From contig CAZCCD010000002.1 in NCBI GenBank assembly GCA_964497435.1, positions 84,602 through 116,601 on the forward strand: a stretch of DNA of 32,000 bases, read 5' to 3'. Under the pieces are notes generated by a model. The model was not told the DNA's origin and did no database searches. It saw nothing but the letters and a program-made list of their open reading frames with translations. Of this stretch, positions 8,202-15,175 are shown in pieces. The stretch comes from Candidatus Woesearchaeota archaeon. GTDB lineage: Archaea > Nanobdellota > Nanobdellia > Pacearchaeales > GW2011-AR1. How positions within the stretch are numbered: the first letter of the stretch is position 1; each line of letters starts with the position of its first letter. Both the position numbers and the translations under genes were made by a program.

Positions 8202-9106
8202 CTCCCCTCCAGCTTCTTCTTACTTCTTCTTGCCTTTCTAATTCTTCTAAAAATTACCCAGATTATTATTAAAGCAACTATAATTCCTATATACAATCCT
8301 GTCCTGTTGTTTTTAATTATTCCTTTTTCAAGAGCTTCTTCTCTTGTGTAAACCTTGAAAGGCAGGCTAACACTTTCAGTTTGGTCTTTGTTGTCAAAAT
8401 CCTTGTATGTGATTTCTGCCTTTAAGACAGGATTTGTCGCTGTGTAAATTACATCAAATGTTGCAATGTCTGTGTCATCTGCATTTACACTTCCTATGAA
8501 AACCTTGTCTTTTGATATTAAATCAAAACCTTGAGGAAACAAGGTTACAGACACGGATTTTAAATCTCCAAGCCCCTTGTTTATCACTTCTAATGAAACA
8601 GAACCCTCTTCTCCAACTATTGCGTTGTCTTTGACTTCAACTGCAAAATCAAGTTCTGTCTTTGCACTAACTCTTATTCCAAAACTTCCTTCTTTAATTA
8701 ATTCATCGTTTTCTCCTTTCTCGAAAAATTCAATAGTGTAAGGAATATTGTAATCTCCAGGAGTTATGTCTGAAAAAGGCTTTAAAGTAAAACTCACTCT
8801 GTCATCATCATCTTCGTCAATTTCGTCTATTGTTTCTGTAGAGCTTCCAATGGCTGTGAAAGGCAGGGCAGGGGTTTCTGAAACCAAGACACCAAAATCA
8901 TTAAATTCTCTTTTTCCAGCCAAATCTAGTCTTACTGAAATATCTTCAATATCAAAATTCTCATTGTTTTCAATTTCAAGAGTTATTTTTCCTGTCTCGC
9001 CAGGAAAAATTGTTATGTAATCTGCATCAACAGAAAGGGATGAAATAAGGTTGAAGCTGAGGAGAAAGACTAATGCAAAAATAAAAAAGTGTTTAGTGGG
9101 TTTCAT
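8198..9106 (-). CDS. Secreted, C-terminally membrane-anchored Ig-like/COG1361-type ('S-layer domain') surface protein
   Basis: Signal peptide MKPTKHFFIFALVFLLSFNLISSLS. Two beta-sandwich-like repeats (PGETGKITLEIENNENFDIEDISVRL / GEEGSVSLEVINKGLGDLKSVSVTL). C-terminal TM helix plus basic tail (IGIIVALIIIWVIFRRIRKARRSKKK). This is the usual partner of archaeal MacB-type transporters. Confidence 0.6.
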   Translation of the reverse strand: MKPTKHFFIFALVFLLSFNLISSLSVDADYITIFPGETGKITLEIENNENFDIEDISVRLDLAGKREFNDFGVLVSETPALPFTAIGSSTETIDEIDEDDDDRVSFTLKPFSDITPGDYNIPYTIEFFEKGENDELIKEGSFGIRVSAKTELDFAVEVKDNAIVGEEGSVSLEVINKGLGDLKSVSVTLFPQGFDLISKDKVFIGSVNADDTDIATFDVIYTATNPVLKAEITYKDFDNKDQTESVSLPFKVYTREEALEKGIIKNNRTGLYIGIIVALIIIWVIFRRIRKARRSKKKLEGR

Positions 9107-9848
9107 TTTTGTTCAACACCCCAAAAGCAAAGCCGACGTCGCCGCCGCCCCAGTCGCCACAGACAAGAAGCCTGTCCCTGTCCAAGAGCCCGCTGGGGAC
9201 AAGGCTAGCAACCTTTAAAACGGGTTTTTTAACTTCATTAAAACCCAAAACATTAACTCCTTTCTTATAGAATTTAGGTGAAGCAATTTCTCTTAAATCT
9301 GTAGCAGTTTTTTCATGAGTATGCTCTAAGACTCTTGCCAAACCTCCTTGTGCAAAAGTATCACAATCTTGCTCCCCTCTTTCAAATGATTTATAAGGAG
9401 CAAATCCAACACCATTTTCAAGAAGATAAATTCCATTGACTTTTTCAACTCCATTAAGAAGTTGTTTTAATCTTGTTTCATCTGTTTCAGTAGTGTTTGT
9501 GAAAACTCCGTTTTGAGTCCTGACAATATATCCTGCCTGAAGCCATCTTGGATCAAAAATTTGAGGTTTCGCCATATTTCCAAAATCATAAGCAACAGCT
9601 GAAATAGATTCAGAAGTTGTTGCTGGTGTGAAAGAAATCCTCTCCCCTGTTACAGGATGAGAATATGATCCACTCATGCTTTGTAAATTTCCTTTGTAAG
9701 TATTTGAACCAAAAGCAGGAAAACCAACAATTAAATCTCCCTTTTTATGCGGAACTCTAAGTAATTCTCTTGCTGGAAATTGAGGTTTTGTTTGTGCTAT
9801 TATTCCATACTTATTCGTCATTTTCTTACATCCTCTCCTTATCAACAT
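9093..9848 (-). CDS. Hypothetical soluble protein with no family I recognise; likely true start at ATG 9821 (MTNKYG...)
   Basis: Long ORF with no TM helix or signal peptide. AAGGAGAGG lies about 10 nt upstream of the 9821 ATG, and a TTTATAAATA box abuts the 9848 ATG. Overlaps the downstream surface-protein gene by 14 nt. Confidence 0.6.
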   Translation of the reverse strand: MLIRRGCKKMTNKYGIIAQTKPQFPARELLRVPHKKGDLIVGFPAFGSNTYKGNLQSMSGSYSHPVTGERISFTPATTSESISAVAYDFGNMAKPQIFDPRWLQAGYIVRTQNGVFTNTTETDETRLKQLLNGVEKVNGIYLLENGVGFAPYKSFERGEQDCDTFAQGGLARVLEHTHEKTATDLREIASPKFYKKGVNVLGFNEVKKPVLKVASLVPSGLLDRDRLLVCGDWGGGDVGFAFGVLNKNETH

Positions 9849-9913
9849 TATTTATAAACATTTCTATTTTGTTACTTTTAAATAGTTATGACAAGAAGAA
9901 GATTATTTTAAAA

Positions 9914-10249
9914 TCATTTGGGCTCTATAACAATCTTATTTCCGACTTTTGAAATAGTTATAGGAACATTTTCATTTAGATTAAATTGTTTTTCTATATC
10001 TGATGGGATTCTTAGTATAAGGCCTCCTCCGCTCTTTGATAAATGGCGATGTAATTTTAACGGTTCTGGCCATACCCCTGCTTTTCTAGCTATATCAATA
10101 GCTTTTTGCGCTTCATGTTCGTAAGGAAATTCCTCATTACAATCACTACATCGCTCTCCTTTTAATATAATGATATAACCTTCTATCTCAAAAGCGATAT
10201 TTTCAGTACTTTCCAAAGTTCCTTTCTCACATATTGGACATTTTTTCAT
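9914..10249 (-). CDS. Putative antitoxin: N-terminal YgiT/MqsA-type zinc ribbon fused to a C-terminal SpoVT/AbrB-like domain
   Basis: CPICEKGTL...CSDCNEEF zinc ribbon, then SKSGGGLILRIPSDIEKQFNLNENVPITISKVGNKIVIEP (AbrB swapped-hairpin pattern). Has a 4-nt overlap with the upstream small gene. Confidence 0.6.
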   Translation of the reverse strand: MKKCPICEKGTLESTENIAFEIEGYIIILKGERCSDCNEEFPYEHEAQKAIDIARKAGVWPEPLKLHRHLSKSGGGLILRIPSDIEKQFNLNENVPITISKVGNKIVIEPK

Positions 10250-10488
10250 TTTCCTTCTGCTCCTGTTATAACAAATATTTCTTTATACTCATCATCTTTA
10301 ACAAGTATCAGTTTTCTACTTTTTCCTTTTTCTCTTACATATAATTCATATTTATTTTTACCGACTTTATCAACTTTATATGAATTTTCCAAAGCATTTT
10401 TTAATGAATATACATCGTAGTTCCATTTTCTCATCCAGGTTAATATGAAATGTTTACTGGGTCTAATTTTGTATCCAGTAATATCCAT
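10246..10488 (-). CDS. Putative toxin, DUF4258-like / RelE-barnase-fold small protein (80 aa)
   Basis: IRPSKHFILTWMRKWNYDVYSLKNAL...KYELYVRE...RKLILVKDDEYKEIFVITGAEG follows the DUF4258 pattern (x-KH-x...R...; ...iVVITa-y). It is translationally coupled to the zinc-ribbon/AbrB gene. Confidence 0.5.
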   Translation of the reverse strand: MDITGYKIRPSKHFILTWMRKWNYDVYSLKNALENSYKVDKVGKNKYELYVREKGKSRKLILVKDDEYKEIFVITGAEGK

Positions 10489-10561
10489 ACTATTTTCACC
10501 TGTTATTATGATGTTTTTGTTATATTTAAATCTTCCTATTTAAAAATATCATAAAATCTTA

Positions 10562-10693
10562 TTATTTTATCACAGAATTAATAAGAATGTTTTGTTGCCT
10601 GCTCCACTCTTTATCAGAATGAGTCTTCATATATTTAACCCAATACTTTACAAAATTTATTCTATCCTCTTTATTTGTTTTTCCAGGCTTCAT
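10562..10693 (-). CDS. Small ORF (43 aa), hypothetical
   Basis: My translation gives MKPGKTNKEDRINFVKYWVKYMKTHSDKEWSRQQNILINSVIK*. It starts 12 nt after the stop of the nucleotidyltransferase gene. No family assigned. Confidence 0.3.
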   Translation of the reverse strand: MKPGKTNKEDRINFVKYWVKYMKTHSDKEWSRQQNILINSVIK

Positions 10694-10704
10694 GAACAAT
10701 CTTT

Positions 10705-11310
10705 TTAATTTTTTGGGTTTCTTGTTTTCCATTTTTCTCTTAATTTAATAAGCTCTTTTATTTTATTAATTTTTCCTTTATCTATCTTATCTTTAAACAA
10801 ATCTTCTAAGTGTATTGCATCTTCTATATCTTTGTCAGAGCCCAGCCCAAATTTCTTGAAAGCTATGTTTCTTTCCAAAGAAGATATCTTTATCTCTCCT
10901 TCACCAGTTTTCAGAGTTATAAAATCATCAAAAACTTCCTCATCAAGCTCGTCTTTAGGAAATTTCACTTCAAAATTAGGAATAGAAGATCCTTCTCTGG
11001 AAAATCTTATTGCCAGGCCATCTTTTAAATAACTAAAAATATCTCTATCTTTTTCAGCGTTTATACACCAAAAACCATTTTTTATTAAATCAGTGTAAAG
11101 AGCAGAAAATCTCTCAAATGAAATTTTCCTTATAAATACATCGACATCCTCTGTAGTTCTGGTTCTTCCAAGAATAATAGAGACATATCCTGAGACAATC
11201 ACATAATCTGCATGTTTTTTTAAAATTCTTATAAAATCTAATACAAACTTATCTAAATTATTCAATTCTTTTTCGCATATTATCTCTTTCTTATCAAGAT
11301 TATATTTCAT
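10705..11310 (-). CDS. Pol-beta-superfamily nucleotidyltransferase-like protein (AbiEii/DUF6036-like)
   Basis: VIVSGYVSIILGRTRTTEDVDVFI matches the G-[GS]-x9-13-D-x-D nucleotidyltransferase signature. The C-terminal ISSLERNIAFKKFGLGSDKDIEDAIHL resembles the family tail. Confidence 0.6.
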   Translation of the reverse strand: MKYNLDKKEIICEKELNNLDKFVLDFIRILKKHADYVIVSGYVSIILGRTRTTEDVDVFIRKISFERFSALYTDLIKNGFWCINAEKDRDIFSYLKDGLAIRFSREGSSIPNFEVKFPKDELDEEVFDDFITLKTGEGEIKISSLERNIAFKKFGLGSDKDIEDAIHLEDLFKDKIDKGKINKIKELIKLREKWKTRNPKN

Positions 11311-11360
11311 TAAAGATAAAACAACAAAAACTATTAATACTTATTGTTTTTATTAAAAAA

Positions 11361-12083
11361 TTATTTCACGACTCTTCTCCAGCTTCCGCCAACTTTTCTT
11401 TCAACACTCGAAATTCTCCCGTCTCTTAAAGAATAAATTTTCCTTGCATGTTTTCTTGCTACTTCTTGATCATGGGTAACAATTATTATTGTAGTACCTT
11501 TTTTATTTAGTTCATCTAAAAAACCCATGACCATTTCTCCTGTTTTAGTGTCTAAATTTCCTGTTGGTTCATCTGCCAGAATCACTTCAGGGTTATTAGA
11601 TAATGCTCTTGCAATAGAAACTCTTTGTTGCTCTCCTCCAGAAAGCTGATTTGGATAATGGTTTATTCTGCCTTTCAGTCCAACTAATTCTAAAAGTTCT
11701 TCAGCCCTTTCTTCTCTATCATAAAAATCAATTCCCTGAAATAACATAGGCAACATGACATTTTCCTTGGCTGTTAAATTAGGAATTAAATTAAACTGTT
11801 GAAATATAAAACCAATTTTCTTTCCCCTTAATTGAGCTAATTCAGACTCTCCTAATAGTTCAATATTCTCGCTATCAAGATAAATATCTCCTTTTGTCGT
11901 TAAATCAAGGCTTCCTACTAGATTTAGGCTTGTTGATTTTCCAGAGCCAGAAGGTCCCATTATAGCAACAAAATCACCTTTTTCAATACTAAGATTGATT
12001 CCATCAAGGGCTTTTACTATTGCCTCGCCCATCTCATAATATTTCGCAGCTGATTTCAGTTCTATTAGTTTGTCTGGGGCCAT
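11361..12083 (-). CDS. ABC transporter ATP-binding protein, MacB/LolD subfamily
   Basis: Walker A GPSGSGKST, signature LSGGEQQRV, Walker B ILADEPTGNLD and H-loop VTHD. Confidence 0.95.
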   Translation of the reverse strand: MAPDKLIELKSAAKYYEMGEAIVKALDGINLSIEKGDFVAIMGPSGSGKSTSLNLVGSLDLTTKGDIYLDSENIELLGESELAQLRGKKIGFIFQQFNLIPNLTAKENVMLPMLFQGIDFYDREERAEELLELVGLKGRINHYPNQLSGGEQQRVSIARALSNNPEVILADEPTGNLDTKTGEMVMGFLDELNKKGTTIIIVTHDQEVARKHARKIYSLRDGRISSVERKVGGSWRRVVK

Positions 12084-12193
12084 GATTTCACAAACTACAT
12101 TGCGCTTTTAAATTTAACTGAAGAAATAATGAGGAATAAAAGTAAGGTTTAAAAAGCAATTTTAACCATTATTTCTATGATAATTCCAATAAG

Positions 12194-13657
12194 ATGTTTT
12201 GCAATAAAATTTATAAACCTCTTTCGTTTAATTATAGTATGAGAGTTCTTAAAAAAGGAGAGGATTTGATGGTGGAGTTAAAAGAGAATTTTCAAAGAGA
12301 TTTATTTACAAATTTAATTAATAAGTATGGAAGATTTTTTCTATCTAAGAAACTTAACAAATCCCCTTCAATTTTATACCTTTATAAGAACAATTATGTA
12401 AAATCAATTCCCTTAAGAGTTATCAATAAAGCAGTTAGACTCTCTACATTTTCTAAAGATAATCTAAAAATAAACACAAAAAGAATGTTTTCGGCAAAGG
12501 ATTTTATACATAAAATAATGTACGATGGAGCAAAAATAAAACATCAAAAGATGAAAGAAGATTTATCTATAAAAATAGGAGCCTTCAGCCTTCTGGAAGA
12601 AAATAATGGTTTATTTATTCTGGATATGCTAAATTGGTTGAATAAAAATTCTTGGATTGAAAAATTACAAAGACAAAAAGGATTAGTAAATAATGCAAAA
12701 ATAGACAAAATATCAAAAAAACATATAGTCATTTCTTATACTGCTTATAATAGAAGAACAAAAAAAGGTGAGCATTATATTATTTCTTTGCCAAGAGAGT
12801 TGCAATTAAATACTGATTTTTGTTATTTTTTAGGTCTTCTTTATGGTGATGGTTTGAATGGAGCAAGAGTAGGGATAGTAAATAAAGATAAAAGCCTCAT
12901 CAATTATACTGCGAATTTTCTAAAAACATTTTTTAAAAATAATAAGATTAAATCTCAAGTTAATATATACAATCCAAAAATAAATCCTAATGAGTTTCGT
13001 CAATGGTTAAAATCTATTTCTGATGAATTTGGGGTTTATTATAATGATAAAGCAAGAGGTTCGTACGTTTTTAATATTTTTATAACTAATAAAATTTTAA
13101 GAAGAGCAATTGATGATTTATTAGAAAATTTGGAATATTTATTTGAAAAATTAGAATCTAAACAAAAGGGTGCATTTCTGGCAGGTTTATTTGATGCTGA
13201 AGGGAATGTTAATAAATTAGATAAAAATTTAAGATTCAGCCAAAAAATCGAAACTAAAGTTAAAGTAATACAAAATATATTATCTAAAGAAGGTTACCAT
13301 CAGAGATATGATGGGAGTAACATTTTGATCGGTTACAGAAACGAATATAAGGAGGATTTAAAACTTTTTGAAATACAGGTCCTTCCATTTTTAAAACATT
13401 CAGAAAAATCAATTCAAGCTAAAGAATTATTATCAGGATATTTTGTAATGGAAAGTTACAAACAATTGCTTAAAATTATCTCTACAAATTCGAACATTTC
13501 TCAAAAACAAATTGCAAAATTAGCAAACAAAGTAAAATGTCATAGGGAATTAAATGCCTTAGCAGATGCTTATTTAGTTAAAAAAACAGGAAAGCTCGGC
13601 GAAAGCTTTAAATACACAATTACAGATGAAGGTTTAAGATATTTGGAGGAAAAATAA
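12194..13657 (+). CDS. Free-standing double-motif LAGLIDADG homing-endonuclease-like protein with N-terminal HTH-like and C-terminal winged-helix-like extensions
   Basis: Motif 1 is FLGLLYGDGLNG and motif 2 is FLAGLFDAEGNV; both keep the acidic residue. The C-terminus ISQKQIAKLANKV...YLVKKTGK...YTITDEGLRYL is wHTH-like. An alternative start at ATG 12269 is preceded by GGAGAGG. Confidence 0.75.
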   Translation: MFCNKIYKPLSFNYSMRVLKKGEDLMVELKENFQRDLFTNLINKYGRFFLSKKLNKSPSILYLYKNNYVKSIPLRVINKAVRLSTFSKDNLKINTKRMFSAKDFIHKIMYDGAKIKHQKMKEDLSIKIGAFSLLEENNGLFILDMLNWLNKNSWIEKLQRQKGLVNNAKIDKISKKHIVISYTAYNRRTKKGEHYIISLPRELQLNTDFCYFLGLLYGDGLNGARVGIVNKDKSLINYTANFLKTFFKNNKIKSQVNIYNPKINPNEFRQWLKSISDEFGVYYNDKARGSYVFNIFITNKILRRAIDDLLENLEYLFEKLESKQKGAFLAGLFDAEGNVNKLDKNLRFSQKIETKVKVIQNILSKEGYHQRYDGSNILIGYRNEYKEDLKLFEIQVLPFLKHSEKSIQAKELLSGYFVMESYKQLLKIISTNSNISQKQIAKLANKVKCHRELNALADAYLVKKTGKLGESFKYTITDEGLRYLEEK

Positions 13658-13658
13658 T

Positions 13659-13856
13659 ATGATCTGTCCTGTGCGCTGTTTTTCGTGTGGCCGTCCAGTA
13701 GCACATTTATGGGAAGAATTTAAGAAAAGAACTTCTGAAGGCGAAAACTCTAAGAAAGTTCTAGACGAGCTGGGTCTGGAGAGATACTGCTGCAGATCAA
13801 TGTTTTTAGGACAAGCTGATTACATAGAGTTGATTGGGAAGTTTAAGAAAAGCTGA
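13659..13856 (+). CDS. rpoN: DNA-directed RNA polymerase subunit N (Rpo10/Rpb10)
   Basis: CPVRCFSCGRPVAHLWEEF...LGLERYCCRSMFLGQAD is the canonical RpoN zinc-bundle sequence. Confidence 0.9.
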   Translation: MICPVRCFSCGRPVAHLWEEFKKRTSEGENSKKVLDELGLERYCCRSMFLGQADYIELIGKFKKS

Positions 13857-13915
13857 TTATATTCATGTATATGCAGTGTAATTAATTATTTAAACAACTA
13901 AACTATTTTTATTTT

Positions 13916-14164
13916 ATGCCAGAATATTTAGCTATTTACAAAGGAGTTAGAATGCTTCCATGTCCCACCGCTCGCAGAATTATTCAAATTCCCCAAACCT
14001 TTGTAACTTATACAGTTGATGAAAGGTACAAATTTACTGCAGAGAATCAGGAGAAAGCAAAAGAGGGGGCAGAAATGTATAGAAAATTCATCTCTAATCC
14101 ACGAATAGGGGCTAAATTTACTCTAGAGGGACTCTTTGAAAGTAAAATGATTAACTTATCTTAA
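13916..14164 (+). CDS. Hypothetical protein (82 aa)
   Basis: ORF only. There is an A/T-rich TATA-like box about 27 nt upstream of the ATG. No recognisable domain. Confidence 0.35.
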   Translation: MPEYLAIYKGVRMLPCPTARRIIQIPQTFVTYTVDERYKFTAENQEKAKEGAEMYRKFISNPRIGAKFTLEGLFESKMINLS

Positions 14165-14442
14165 TTATTCATATTAATAAAACTTGTTAAACCCATATAA
14201 ACTATTATAATAATGTGCATTTTAACGTAAATATTCATTATTGAATTAATCAGATTTAGATACAGCTGCTTATACTTTTATTTTATATTTCGTATCAAAT
14301 TTCATGAAAGAAAATTAATCTGTTTCAAGCTGCAGGTATTTCCATTTCATCTATTTGGCTTTCTTCTTGCTCTTCTGTTTGTTCTTCTTGTGAATGGCTT
14401 TCTTGCTTTGGTATATTTTCCCAAATCCCAACTATATTTCCA

Positions 14443-14748
14443 TTAACACTCACACTCTTCTTCATCTCTGTCAGGTAAAATAGGCCTGTCTTTAAATTTC
14501 CACCTAGCTTTACTTTCACACTTCTCGCAAGTTAATGTTATGAAATCATTTTTTATTCTAATACTAGGTTCAACAAAAGGATGATAACATTCTTTGCAAA
14601 ATAATTTCCTTTTCTCTCCTAGCTTTATGTTATGAGACATAGCCAGCTTCTTGATTTTCCTTACCTCTTTTGGAGTTTTTTCTTTAATATGACGAAAGAA
14701 TTCTTCAATAAGTTTTTCAGCTTCTTTTTTTGAGAGAGACTTTTTCAT
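14443..14748 (-). CDS. rnp4: RNase P protein component 4 (Rpp21/Rpr2 family)
   Basis: Helical N-terminus followed by a zinc ribbon, CKECYHPFVEPSIRIKNDFITLTCEKCESKARW (CxxC...CxxC with the internal basic strand typical of Rpp21). Confidence 0.7.
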   Translation of the reverse strand: MKKSLSKKEAEKLIEEFFRHIKEKTPKEVRKIKKLAMSHNIKLGEKRKLFCKECYHPFVEPSIRIKNDFITLTCEKCESKARWKFKDRPILPDRDEEECEC

Positions 14749-14797
14749 AAACTAACTAAGAAATTAGATTTTATAAAAATATAGAAATATAAAAAGT

Positions 14798-14912
14798 GAG
14801 AGACAGCACCGTAGTTTCGCAGCTTGTCGGCCACTAACACAAACGGCGTAGGAAGCTTATCTTCTGAGATCGGAACGGGATCAGGAGTTTCCAACCTACT
14901 ATGGCCGTCTCC
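14798..14912 (-). rRNA. rrf: 5S ribosomal RNA, not linked to 16S/23S in this window
   Basis: Reverse complement reads GGAGACGGCCAUAGUAGGUUGGAAACUCCUGAUCCCGUUCCGAUCUCAGAAGAUAAGCUUCCUACGCC...GGUGCUGUCUCUC. The terminal helix GGAGACGGC/GCUGUCUCU closes it, the loop C/helix III consensus is recognisable, and a T5 run follows. Confidence 0.85.
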
Positions 14913-14932
14913 AAAATTCAATAATATTTTGT

Positions 14933-14942
14933 ATTTATAAAG
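14933..14942 (-). promoter_or_regulatory. Archaeal TATA box (TTTATAAATA on the minus strand) for the 5S rRNA gene
   Basis: Centred about 26 nt upstream of the inferred 5S 5' end at 14912. Confidence 0.45.
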
Positions 14943-14997
14943 CTTTTTATATTGCTAATTTGTCGTATTTTTAGCTACCTTTTTAAGGGAGAGGTAT

Positions 14998-15095
14998 GCG
15001 GGATTGCCGGAGTGGTCAAACGGGCGTGGCTAAGGAATAATTTTTAGAAACCACGTGGCTTAGTGCCTGCACAGGTTCGATCCCTGTATCCCGCA
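14998..15095 (+). tRNA. tRNA-Leu (type II, long variable arm) with a 14-nt intron at the canonical 37/38 site; apparent anticodon AAG
   Basis: Acceptor GCGGGAT/ATCCCGC plus A73. Anticodon stem CGTGG/CCACG, with loop CTAAGGA after removing intron 15036-15049. Variable arm TGGCTTAGTGCCTGC. T-arm ACAGG-TTCGATC-CCTGT. Confidence 0.85.
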
Positions 15096-15117
15096 TCTTA
15101 GAAAATATTTGATAATT

Positions 15118-15141
15118 ACCCCTGTAGCTTAGTCAGTATAG
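15118..15141 (+). pseudogene. tRNA 5' remnant (acceptor 5' strand plus D-arm-like sequence) with no anticodon or T arm
   Basis: ACCCCTGTAGCTTAGTCAGTATAG resembles a tRNA 5' end (xCCCCxGTAGCTyAGTCAGGTAGAG type). It matches 16 of the first 22 positions of the tRNA-Arg 5' end at 16154. It stops where the TATA box of the LAGLIDADG gene begins. Confidence 0.35.
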
Positions 15142-15146
15142 AAAGG

Positions 15147-15154
15147 TATAAATA
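15147..15154 (+). promoter_or_regulatory. Archaeal TATA box (TATAAATA) for the LAGLIDADG gene; implies a leaderless or near-leaderless mRNA
   Basis: Centred about 25 nt upstream of ATG 15176. Confidence 0.45.
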
Positions 15155-15175
15155 GTAATTTCCCTTTCTCACAGA

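Noticed and set aside
14325-14519. 64-aa minus-strand ORF with an acidic tail (…QEEQTEEQEESQIDEMEIPAA). It overlaps the 3' end of rnp4 in the +1 frame and could be a frameshift extension of Rpp21 or a separate small protein.
   Set aside because: The Rpp21 zinc ribbon is complete before its own stop, and I see no slippery or homopolymer site. The 77-nt overlap is long for a real gene. It remains possible that 14165-14442 holds something unannotated, but I cannot support it.
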